From Yuukianura sp. NJ FZ-2021 (lineage: Eukaryota): a stretch of 64,000 bases of DNA. The stretch's first letter is position 1. Every line of letters starts with the position of its first letter. The notes under the pieces were generated by a model. The model worked only from the letters and a program-made list of their open reading frames with translations. It searched no databases and was not told the DNA's origin. Positions 1-11,493 of this stretch are shown in pieces. The stretch lies in NCBI GenBank assembly GCA_046563655.1, contig CM102289.1:6882001-6946000 (forward strand), in the 5' to 3' direction. The position numbers and the translations under genes were made by a program.

Positions 1-343
1 ACGCTATGTTATTTGCAATGGCAGCTTTGTTTCCAAGTTTTCTGCTTTCCGGACTTCTTTGGCCACTTGAAAGTAACATTCTTAACATAACTTCTTAACG
101 CTTAAAAATTGTAATTCAGTTTACGTTTTACATGTTAACAATTTTTCCCTAGGCGTCCCATACCCACTACGGTATGTCAGTTACTTTCTGCCTGCAACAA
201 TGCCAGGAGAAAGCATCCGTGCAATTCTGTTCCGCGGATGGGGACTGTCCTACTTTGCAGTTTACATGGGATTTGTCTCTCAAGTGGCCTTCGTCATGTT
301 CTTTATTGCTTTGACATTTGCCGTCCATAAGATTAGGAAGTAG
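1..343 (+). CDS. ABC transporter, ABCH/ABC-2-type permease, 3' end only
   Basis: Splicing across intron 73-152 gives ...AMAALFPSFLLSGLLWPLE/SVPYPLRYVSYFLPATMPGESIRAILFRGWGL...VHKIRK*, with TAG at 341-343. SGxxWPxE..P..LR is typical of arthropod ABCH C-termini. Confidence 0.8.
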
Positions 344-1079
344 CAAATAACTTTTTTAAAAAAAGCACCTCTAAGCAACTCTAATGTCGCCAGTCTGCGA
401 CATTAATGTTAGCTAACTCACCAAACTTTAACCAAGAACTGAACTTTTAATACAATATGAAAATAAATACTTAAAAATTATAACATGTAACAAGTTTAGC
501 CTGAATTTGCTTTATAATTTGATTAATTGGGTAATGGTACATTTAAGATTAATTGTGATACTATAACAATTACTGAAATTGAGAACATATACTATAGCCT
601 TTGTTCTCTAACACACTCACAGTTATAGGGAACATGGCCTCCGGGCAATTTTTGTTTTGAAGGCGGGAAACATGTTCCTATTTCAGACTTTACTTTCACA
701 GGGAGACCAAGAAACATAAATTAATTACTTTTAGAGAAATTAAAAACTAAAATTTTAATCTCGTACCTAATTTCATCTTGAACGGAGTCTTTTGACTGTG
801 TAAGGAAGCTATGGGTGCGAAGTCTGTGTGTAGTAAACAATACTTTGCTCCCATATTTTTGGAAAAGTTTGATGAAGGTTGTGTCGCATTTCAACGGTGG
901 ATTCGTGACCTTTCTGCTAAAAAAGAAAATGAAAATAAGAAACAAATTCAAAAACGAATTTCAATTGCAGCTGAAGTGCAGGTAAATGTAAAATTTTCAT
1001 ATTTGATTCCTTACTTCAGCCTGGTTGAGCCAAAATCAATGTCGCATAATGTCTGATTTGACCTTGCCGCCAATTATTT

Positions 1080-3080
1080 TCACACCCTCGATCTATCCAC
1101 GTATGGTTCAGTATACAACTTCAATGGATTACTAAAAAGTTCCCAAAATCCACTGTACGGAGGTGTTACTGGCAAATTGCATGCGCACCACTGCTTAGGT
1201 ATCCCAGCATCATCACAACTTCGACTCTCGGGAAGCAATTGCAAAAGATTTCGCCCGAATTTAGATGTCTTCATTTTCAATTTTGCAATTTCATCTTGGT
1301 TAGTTTCTTTTCGTCCCAGTTGAGATAAGGCTAGGAGTGTTTGGAACACGTCGTAATGGCTGACAACTTGTTTAGAATTTTGGTCTATGATGGACTCCAC
1401 TTCTGGGATGAATGTAGTAAGGCGTTGTGGGATTCGGATAAGCAAAAGTGGCAGCCGACGTTCTATTAAACCTGCGTTAGATTTTGCGTATCCACCTTGG
1501 TAGAAACCATGGTCTCCCATTACAAAAATCACAGTATTTTCCAGTAAATCCTTTGAATCTGCTATCGACTGAAAGAATTCCAGTGTCGCATTTTCGATTG
1601 TGCCCAACGTGTTGAAATAATCGTGAAAAGGCCAACATAACCAAGGCATCGTGAATGAAGGAATCAAGTTGTTCAGTTTCCTCAGAATCTTCAGTTCATA
1701 GTCGAAAAGGTATTTCCAGAATGGAGTATTCCCCAGACAACGGTCCTTTATGAAAAGAACAAAAAATTGACGAAACGGATAGACAAGGAATATCGTGTTA
1801 TAACGTACCTCGGTATTTCCGCTGAGTGCTTCCCAAGCAGTGAATAAAGGACGTGGATAAAAATCGGTCGGCGGGCGCATGAAACCCTTTTGAATATCAT
1901 AATTGAATGTTCCAATAATTGGATCGTCTTCCATGAAGGCTGTTGCGAAATTAGATCGGTGAAAATATTTCCAAATGAACTCTGTGTCATCCCAATAGTC
2001 GATCCATTTCTTTTCATCGAATAAGGTTTTAGTAGGAACTCCAACAAGAAGAGGAATAGCATTTAAAAACGTTGGTTCCCCCAGAGCGTGGTGTTTACTG
2101 AAGTAGGTAAACTTCAAATCCTCCATTAAGAATTTCATTGTACGTGGAAGGTTACGAAAGGCATCTGTTGCCGAAGTAGAATCCAGTACCAGCACCATAA
2201 CATTTAAAGGTAATTCCGTTTTCGGTACAGCATCCCAGAACGCTTTTTTTGATTGTAGATTTATTTTGTTAATGGAGACATCGCTTTGGTACTCCAGTTT
2301 TGTTTCTGAACCGACATCACATGAGATTATTACATGCTCGGTCTCAATGGATTGAACTTTATTGGTTTCATCAAAGGCTTTTCTCGATTTCAGTACGAAT
2401 GTATCGTCAAGCAAGACTAATGGACGGTCAATTTCATGAACAGTGCACTTCCTTCTGTCGTATACGTTGGGATCCAGCAGTGTCAGGGTCTAAATACAGA
2501 CGCAAAGTTGACAGTGATTACATTGCTTTGCTTATATGTGATATATGCTTACTGTAGAGTTGATGAATTCCGTAAATTTAGTCGAATCACCGCATTGACT
2601 GATAGTAACATTCATCTTCTTGGTCGTAGCAACGTAGGCTTCCGATCGTAGCGGAATGTCTGCTATCCTACACTTTGAATTCGTGCCAACAATTCCATTG
2701 CCATTCTCACTTCCTTCTTGTCCAAATAATGACGGCGTTCTAGATGTAGTAGATAATTTCCAATGCCATGGAAGGAAGTAGAAAATCACAACCGATATGA
2801 CTAGAGCAGTGAATAACTTCAACAAACGAGAAGCATGTGATGTAAGGGACTTATGACCAAGATGATAATGATGTTGAGATCTTTGAGAAGGAGCTCGTGC
2901 CCCTGCGTATTCGTATTCTCTCTGTGCCACGCTAGGGTCAGCAGTGGGGTCAAACGGTTGGTGTTGACCATGATTCTTTAGAAGTGGTACTGATGACGAA
3001 GCGACATCGTTTTTGTCTCCGCTACCAAGTTCAAATTCCCAATCGTGCTCCCATCCTTTCTGATTATTCTGAACTTCCAT
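1080..3080 (-). CDS. DUF229 family protein (alkaline phosphatase/sulfatase superfamily, type II membrane)
   Basis: N-terminal TM segment (LFTALVISVVIFYFL). Motifs NVMVLVLDSTS, RNLPRT, GEPTFLN, GFMRPPTDFYPRP, NTVIFVMGDHG, ERRLPLL, SCDDAGIPKQWCAC. Introns at ~2490-2555 and 1746-1808. The true 3' end is uncertain. Confidence 0.85.
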
Positions 3081-3773
3081 GACTCTCTGTCGCTACCGAA
3101 ATACAATAGAAATACAAGTATTTAACAACGATCAAATATTATATAATTTATACTAAAAACACAGATGAAAAGTTAACTTTGTGGCTATACATACAGCACT
3201 ACAACTTATGAAAGAAAGTAAACTGTAGAAATCAACTTATGAGCACCTTTTGAAACGTGGACGGTGGACTATTCTTTTCGCTCTTTTAGACCCGTGTATC
3301 CACATAACATCCTACCGACGAAGAGGATATAAATAAACATTTTTTTTCTAAAACAAAGATCTTATCTTACCGTCGTTTTTTGTTTGTTAACAAATTTCTT
3401 ACCGATTTTACTGTTCAACAGAGATTTTCATCCAGATATTCTTGGATCTAATCAGCACGTCCGCCTTTTACACCATATGAGAAGTGAGGACTCGATGGAA
3501 AGTGCCAACAGCTGATCTCACAGAATATTATTTTCCAGTTTACCGCGCTAAAAAATTTAAATCGGCCAATCATAGTTGATTATTTCAAAAGTTACCGCAG
3601 TTTGATTTAGATTTACACTACCACAAGCCACAAGCCTTGTGAGGATGTAGAGTTGAATGCAAGTTCTTTTCATAAAACGTTCCTCAAATTTGAAATATGG
3701 CGGGAAAAGCTGGATGCGTTTTTGGCACATAACTTAGTGTAAATAACATTGTACTATGTATTTTAATTTTTAG

Positions 3774-6299
3774 GAACACATTCGTACTTCACAAATTCTG
3801 GAAATGAAATGGATAACATCAAACACTGCAAGATTAGTTTTATCAACTGGCATAATTATACTAGTTTTTGTTGACGAAGACAACGATGGTCGTGAAATAT
3901 CGTTTGCTGTCCATCAATTTCCAGTATTTGACGATATATGTCAAGGTCAGTTTAAACTCTTTGTAAGCATCAAAGTTCATAAGAACCTTTGTCAAATTTA
4001 TTCAAGGCCATAATCCATTTGATTTTTCAGTTGCATGGGAGAAGGAGACTGGGGTTTTGTTGTGTACCGACGGAAAAGTAGTCTTGTTCAAATGGGATTT
4101 GACGCAGGAACATGAAATTACACGATTCGAATCGTTTCCAAACGTTTTGCCTACGATAAATTCGAAAAGAGTGGAACGTCGCCTGACTTTGAATGAAAAC
4201 GGAACGGAAGTAAACGTTCCTGACTACCATCTATAGTTTTTAAAACTGAAACCTTTAAAATTGTAATAACAAAGTAATGTTATATTCTTTTATTAGTTTG
4301 CAATTTGGTGGTCCGGCGGAGGAGGCAGCGACGTTTTCCCGTGGAGTCCAAAACTTGAGCAACGGGCTAACGTCTTGGTCTACTCCACGGTTTCTGCGCA
4401 TGCGTATGATCAACGTTGTGCATTGTGTAACAACTTTTTAAGTTTTCATTACACATTACAAAATATCTTTTTCTTTTTTTACAGTGATGAACGACCGCAT
4501 TTAATCTTTCATAAGAAAACGGATGGAAATTTGTTCGCGGTTCAGTTTGCGCCAGCATCGGATGAAGGGGAAAGCACATTAATCACACTAGAAGACTTCA
4601 ATGCCAGTGATAAATCGGTATCCGCATATTGCAAATATGCATTACCATACGAATTACAAGAAGTTAATGTTAAAAGTGAAACAGGTAATTTCGGAAATCA
4701 AAGAAACCAAGTACAACTTGAAGTCAGCGGCAAGAACTTCCGAGACTTCAATTCCACTTCAGAGCCAACTGAAGTGTCATGCTTACGATCAATCGAAGAA
4801 AAAACTTTGCTTTGGACTCTGCAATTGTACCATTCTGATTTGTTCTGAAGATCACAAGTTGACACGTTCAACGAAGGCTGCATTTGTAAATTAAGAATTC
4901 AAAATTCACAAAATTTTATATGTGATTTTTAGTAAAGAAGGAATTTTTTTTAGGTTCCGTGTCACCTTGCATGGCATGAAAATTCTTTGGCAGTTCTCGC
5001 AGTGGGTCCAATCGGTCAAATACAATTGTTTGATATTGCTCTGAATCCGTTGTTTTTCAAAGACCATATCGACAGATACACTCCGACTTTGACTACCCAA
5101 CTGGAGTAATCAAAGAAAAGCTGAAACTTACCTTCACTTGAGAGTCCGAATTCAAATGCTGGGAACTTAATCTCAAAATTCTGTTTGTGTAGACCTCACG
5201 GACCAATTTTGCATGCGCACTGGGGTCACTCCGAGGGCCAGGCGAGTAAGGCTTTTGTCCTGCTAGGATTTGAATCGTAAGATGGCGAGCCAGTTTTCTG
5301 TATTTTCCATGTCCTAGAAAAATATTGATTTTGGTTGCGTAGTGGAAATATCAGCGTTCTGGACCTCTGCACTGGACGGATGAAATTGACGGATTTGGTT
5401 TCCAGGCATTTAGAAGCCTCACCGTCAGCGTATGCCGAGGCAATCAGAATTCTGCGAGCAGTACAATGGAATGCTGATATTTGCAGAACAGCATTTCACT
5501 TAATCTTTTCTGCTCTCAGGGTTGAAGAGTACTCGGAAGAAATTGAACGTAAATCTAAAACTAAAATACAAGACTTGAAGCTCAAAGATCTAACGTTAGC
5601 CTTGGTATATGTTTAGAACATTTTGAAAATTTGTTCGAGTCATACTTTATCCCGACGATTGAGCCATTTGACCCTGTCTGGGCAGAGCATCGAGAAAGAA
5701 TCCAAGTTCGAGCTCAAAGTTACCATCACTGGCTGTTCTTAGCTGGAAAATACAAACGGTCGTTAGAGGTATGGTTTCAACACCGCCAACTTCGATTTTA
5801 GTTAATACGAACTTGTTTGAAATCCTTATCTTTAGGTGGCAACGATGATTGACGACGAAGGATGTATCCGAAAAGTTTACTTTGGAGCTCTTCGTAACGG
5901 TGCTGTTGAAGTGGCGAACGAGGCAGAACGGATTCTGAATGAAAGGAAGATGAGTTTGGGCAACCGGAAGCACTCGGGTTCCAGAAAGAAGCGCATCTCG
6001 TCCGGTAAAATTTTGAAGCAAACGAAATTACTATAAAATTTCCAATGAAGCATTACAGCCTTTCGATTCCAGATTCGTCAAGTACAGCCAAAGACATTTC
6101 TTGGTGTTCCACATGTAATAGTTCATCTGAAAGTTATGAATCAGAACATGATGATGAAAAGATAAATTCAAAACAAAATGAACGTTATACTCACGAGCGT
6201 TCTCCAAGTTCAGCAGTATCCTTGGAACCAATTGCGCAGAATTCGAGTTATGAAGTCGATTCGTCCAAAATCACAATAGTGCCGCTGGGAGACGTTTGA
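3774..6299 (+). CDS. WDPCP: Fritz / WD repeat-containing planar cell polarity effector (CPLANE subunit)
   Basis: Spliced peptides IWWSGGGGSDVFPWSPKLEQRANVLVY, EAIRILRAVQWN and FESYFIPTIEPFDPVWAEHRERIQVRAQSYHHWLFLAGKYKRSLE/VATMIDDEGCIRKVYFGALRNGAVEVA align with conserved Fritz blocks (WW...WPW.P...RAN; EAINIL..MNW; RFFHHLLRY..FEKAFLLAVD). Start codon not resolved (likely 3470-3800). Confidence 0.8.
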
Positions 6300-6556
6300 C
6301 CGAGACAGAAGTGTTACATGAGCACTAGCTGCACTGCTTACGCGCTTTCTTAGAAAATACAATATTTAATAACGTGTTTAATAATTTATAAGTATGCAAA
6401 ATAACACAGAATACTTATAAAATATTTTTCTCTATAGTTGTTGATTATGATTACATTTTGAATTGAATTCAATGTACAAGAAACAAATATTGAAAAGGTA
6501 GCAAGAAAAATACTGAATGTCAAACGGAGAGTATACTTAAAAATATTTCAATAGAA

Positions 6557-8401
6557 TCATGTGCTGTCAACATCTTCTAAATGTACGTAAGAAGTGCAAC
6601 TAGTATTGATATGCTGTCTTAGTCGTACAGCTCTACCACTAACCAAAGTTGAACAATAATTACATCTTGCCTTTGTGATTCCGTCCACTATAGTCTTTGT
6701 AAAAAGATCCCAGATTTCATCTTTATGACGTCCCAAACCAGTGCCACTTGATGAGAACATTACTTTCGATTGCCTTTTAACTTTGGCCTCCTCCGATTCA
6801 AATTCTACCGCGGTAGACTCATGGTCGAAGCCTGATGACGACAATCTGTTATGATCAAAAACAAACAAAGATATGCGTTCAATTTTCGGTGAACAATCAC
6901 ACTCAAATCATTCACTATGTGCTACACAAATTATACTTTGAAATTCCAAATTATTTTGCATACTCGGCAGTAGGATTTGGTGCTGAAGCGGAATTGGAAT
7001 TATCCGAATCGTCCTCTTCGTTCATTTCCTCTTGTACCTCAGAAGTATTTGCCTGATTTCCATGCTTCCTGCAATGCGGGTACAATTACAATCGATTAAT
7101 ATAACATTGAAACATATTTGAAACACAATAGTCAAAATTTTTTTTGCTTTACTGTACTTACCTGTACTTCTTGCAAGCCTTCAAGTGTTGATGCATTCGA
7201 TATGGCCTCGCACTAACCCTCTGTTTACACACCTTGCAAATGCTGGCAATAATTTTCCCGTTGTCGTCCCGTTTAGTCAAAAAATCCTCCCAGATCCCAG
7301 AAGGTTTCCTTCCAGTTGTAGAAATCCGTTTAAAATCCTCACAGGAAGTGTCTTCACTTCCTGTGAGGATTTTGCGTTCTGACAAAGGACGATTGTTTGG
7401 TGATGGTGTTTCGTTCTCTACGCAAGTTAGCAGTAGAAATCAATTGATGTATTGATGAAAGGTAAAACCAAAATAACAAACTTCTACTAAAGTGACGGTT
7501 TCCCTTTCAAATTAAATCTTCAGAAAATATCTTACTCAAAATTCCTGACCCTGATACCTCTCCCTTTGGCTTGACGTTAGAGTCCGACTGGTGTTTCTCT
7601 GAAAATTGACGTTTTCCAGGTTTGGATTGATAGTTTTCTTCATCGTTGAGTTCATCTTCTAAGTAAAAAATGCAAAAACGAATGTAAAATTCTACTTCAC
7701 ATGATAAGGTTACAGCATTATTTATAACCTGGATTGACATTTTGCTCTTCGTTTTCGTTATCTGATTCCTTATATTTTCGTTTCTGGCGATGGTCAGGTT
7801 TCGGGAATTGCTGGCGAGAAACCGTCGTGATCGAACTGCTGCCGGCCTTCGGATTCGGAAACACCTTTCGTTTGGTATATAAAAGTTTATGCCGATGTTT
7901 CATTCCATGCTTCCTTTGCAGAAACGACTCTGCAAAACGACATTAGTTTGCTTAGTCCACAACAATATCAGCGACCCAGAGTCAAATTCAATGTACTTCC
8001 ACTGTCCACTTAGTATGTATACCTTCTTCGTCATCAGATGAAAACGATCTTCTGGACTTGTTACGGCTGATATTCCATGAGTTATCATTGAGAACACGTT
8101 GTACCGTTTCAGTAATAATATCGTAGCCATATCGTGAAACATCCATTGCCCTAACTTTCCTCCGAACCATACGCAGTTCGCTCTCCAAAGTATCCACTTT
8201 GCGTTCCAGGTCAAACACTCTTGAGTTCAATTTAGTAACCAAATCATCTTCGAGGTCTCCTGTTATGCTTTCCTCAGTGTCAACATTGAATTGGGGCATG
8301 TCGCCTTCAATAACTTCGCCAAATACTTGTTCCGGTGAGAAACAGCGAAATGGAGCGCCACCAGTGGCACCTTCCTTCTTTAACACACTGTCATCCTCCA
8401 T
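6557..8401 (-). CDS. Multi-exon protein with N-terminal coiled coil and two BED zinc fingers
   Basis: Two W..F...CxxC...RxxxH...C motifs (IWEDF..ICKVCKQRVSARPYRMHQHLKAC and IWDLF..RCNYCSTLVSGRAVRLRQHINTSC). Heptad region LNSRVFDLERKVDTLESELRMVRRKV. GT-AG introns link the ORFs. Confidence 0.7.
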
Positions 8402-9108
8402 CCTGATGCAGGAACAATTTTAACGTGGATTCGTTAGACCTTGATTTACGTCAGCACTGAAAACCACAAAACAAACACAAGTGTTTATTTTAGTAAGTAT
8501 CAACTACAAGTTTAATTAAATCATACTAGCAAAATTCTATTCAGTTCAGTAGTTAGTAAGTACCTGTTATGTAATTGGTGAAATCAAATACCTCTACAGT
8601 TGGTTATAGCCCACGTAAGGAGGTATAAATACGAGTCAAGAGTTTAATGAATTAGTGCGGTATTAATTCCAATAAATTAACTCTGTTTTGTTTTTGTGTA
8701 GTTATTACAAATTTTGAAACATCTCAAAATCGTTCAATTTTTTTTACTCTGTTTACAGTTTCTACCGGCACCACGCACCACCCTGACCCCACTTTCACTA
8801 GACATGGACAAATCAATTTATTCTCGGGCAAACTAGAATTAAAAAATTTTCAAATTTTTCAAAATTTTATTCAGCTTTCTTTTTTTCAAATTTAACATTC
8901 AAATTTGTAACTTTTCAAAAACAGAATGCGAATCATCTACAAAGGTCAATGTCTACTTGAATTAAAACCAATCGAACTGAAACCAAGTAAAACATTATGG
9001 AGTGAAGCCTACGGAATTGGGGTTATAAAAATAGTGTTTAAGAAATTAAATTAAGGAAATACGTAAAAGAGAAAGACTATTATCCAATATGGCCGTTTTC
9101 AGACTGTT

Positions 9109-9823
9109 TTAAAATCTGTTGGCGTACGGTCGCGGTGTTTGGTATCCACCTTCTGGACGATACCGGTTGTTTTGAGCGTTTTGGTAGTAGTCATACTCTG
9201 CTTGTTGTCGGTAAGAATTCGATTTCTGTTTTTCAATGTTAGCGTAGATAATATCTAATGATTTTTGAATTGCCTCTGGAATTGGTGGAGGTACTGGAAG
9301 ATGGTCTCCTAAAAACGAAGGGAAATCTATTTTAAACTCTAATTTCTCAATTTTTGATTTGCAAAATTCGTACCTCTAGGTTGGAATCCATTTTCGTCAG
9401 CAATGTAGTCGACTCGGATGAGTTGTCCATCGGGAGCATAATATTGGTAGAATCCTTCAGCAGCATTTCCTTGAGCAACGGATCCATCACCAGATCGCAG
9501 TGTTTTTGGAAATCCGCGCTGAGAAGCTACTGTTCCATCATCGTTTTCATAAAAGTATTTGTACGTTCCATCTCCATTGTTTTCATTTTCTGTTCTCAAG
9601 TTGCGGATATTTTGGTATCGAAGGTCAGGTCGATTGTAGTTCTGGTTGTACTGACCCTGAATGTATTTGTCATTTCGAATGTTTGAATCGTAACCTTGCG
9701 GTAGCGACAAAGCATAGGTCACCAGAGCACAAAATGACACCAAGTACTAAAAAAATTTCAAAAAAAAGTTATGAAAATTCCAGATTTTCAAAAACTCAAC
9801 CTTCTAATACATACCCGAAACAT
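9109..9823 (-). CDS. Cuticular protein, RR-1 chitin-binding type
   Basis: 9-nt first exon (MFR, 9815-9823), then a signal peptide and the R&R consensus GTYKYFYENDDG...[44 protein letters not shown]. TAA at 9109-9111. Confidence 0.95.
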
Positions 9824-9923
9824 TTTATTGTTTTCAAAGTAAAGATTTCCAAGATTTCCAAAATTTGGGATCTCAAATTTTTTTTCCACTCGAACTGATC
9901 GATTGTTAAAACTTGATGGCTAG

Positions 9924-9959
9924 ACTGATTTGGATCTTGGAAGATGCGATGCTTTTATA
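9924..9959 (-). promoter_or_regulatory. TATA box plus arthropod initiator of the cuticular protein gene
   Basis: TATAAAA (9953-9959, minus strand) lies ~30 nt upstream of TCAGT (9924-9928) and ~100 nt before the ATG. Confidence 0.7.
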
Positions 9960-11493
9960 CTAAAGTAGAAGAAGATTCTGTAGTTGGTCACATTTAAATT
10001 ACATGATGTAACTTACATCACAATTTTGGAGGACTAATCCGCTCTGAACCCAACAATTAACTTTGGTAGTGAATCCTATTGATTTTATATCGATAAGATG
10101 GGCCAAGGGGAACAATAGAAACAATTTCAAATTATACACCAACTTAAATTCACTGTTAAGCATCTCCTACGACTCTAATTAGACACTAAATTACTAAGAC
10201 ACTAATTTGGAGAAGCCAAAAATCATTTACACCAAAAACTTCGTAAAGGCTAACCAGCATCTTCATCACTGACTACATCTCGTCGTCACGTAGGGCCAAA
10301 GGCCAATTGTCCATTTTTCAATCACCAATTAGCACCAAGTACAAAATTAGCACATGAATTACATTATTTCTCAAAATTAATTTTAAGTTTTCCTTAAAAA
10401 TGGATTTTATTACTGCGATTTTATACGAAAACGAATAAATTTTATTTTATTTGAAAATGTGAGATACTGAAAGTTATGTTTATCCATGCGATCCGGTCAC
10501 GATAGTTCATGATCCGCGTGTCATGGAATGAATTGTTATGGTTTGAAAGTCATGGTCCAAATAGACGCACGAAAACTAGGTTGGTTTAGAACAATTTGAA
10601 AATGATGGTTTTAAGTTACGCAGAGTTATGGTTTAGTTAATTGTTATATTTTGGAGATGGATGAGCAAGAACGATGGACAGATTGCGAAAAATATGCGAT
10701 TTGAATTGGAATTTAGGGAAATTTTATTACAAAATCAAAGATTTTAACAAGTATGAAGTTGTGTTCCCTTAAGGGCTATTTCGTCTTCAGGATGAACATG
10801 ATCTGTGTGACCTTCGTTTTGATCTCCGCAATAAGTCAGATATGGTGAACTTGGAAGACATTACTAATTTTAATTGTCACGGTAGAAATCTGTACAGAAT
10901 TCACTTTGTACTCGTGACCTGATTTGCCATATCTGCGGGAAAAAGCAAACGTAAGTTACGATTGGTAACTTCGATATGTTTCACTGAAACGAATCTTTAA
11001 ACTGAGCAATTGGTGTAACTTATTACAGTTCATGTTCTTCCGTGTGTGTCAATAGTGTCAAATCTCTATGTCGTCGAGTTGCAATGCAACCCCGTAACTG
11101 TGGAATAATGTTAATTACGGACAATGCAGTTTAAATTTAAAAAACAAAAAATTATACTTATACGATTGTGATTTACATTTTTACTGTTTTTCCAAAAGAA
11201 ATTTTTCATTGCGATAAGGAGAACGACGCTTTCCGAATCAGCTGCTTTTGTTTATGCCGCGAAATTTTTTAAATGTTTTTTTTTTACTTTCAGCAAACTC
11301 AATTTTGATTTTGATTTTTTTTTTGCTGAAGCAGCTGATTGAGAATTTTGATGTTTAGCTTCTAATTACTAATCTATAATATTAATTCGTTATTATAATT
11401 TATAATTCGTTAGTTGTCGATTAGCTTTAGTTAATTAAGTGGTTCGCATCTTTTAGGCGGTGGGAATCGGCAAATCAAGACGCATGCTTTAAA

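Noticed and set aside
811..1056. Plus-strand 81-aa ORF with an apparent 38-nt intron
   Set aside because: It has no recognisable homology, the intron is shorter than typical here, and it lies antisense to the DUF229 3' region.
6557..8401. Active hAT transposon
   Set aside because: Only BED fingers are present, with no DDE core, TIRs or 8-bp TSD.
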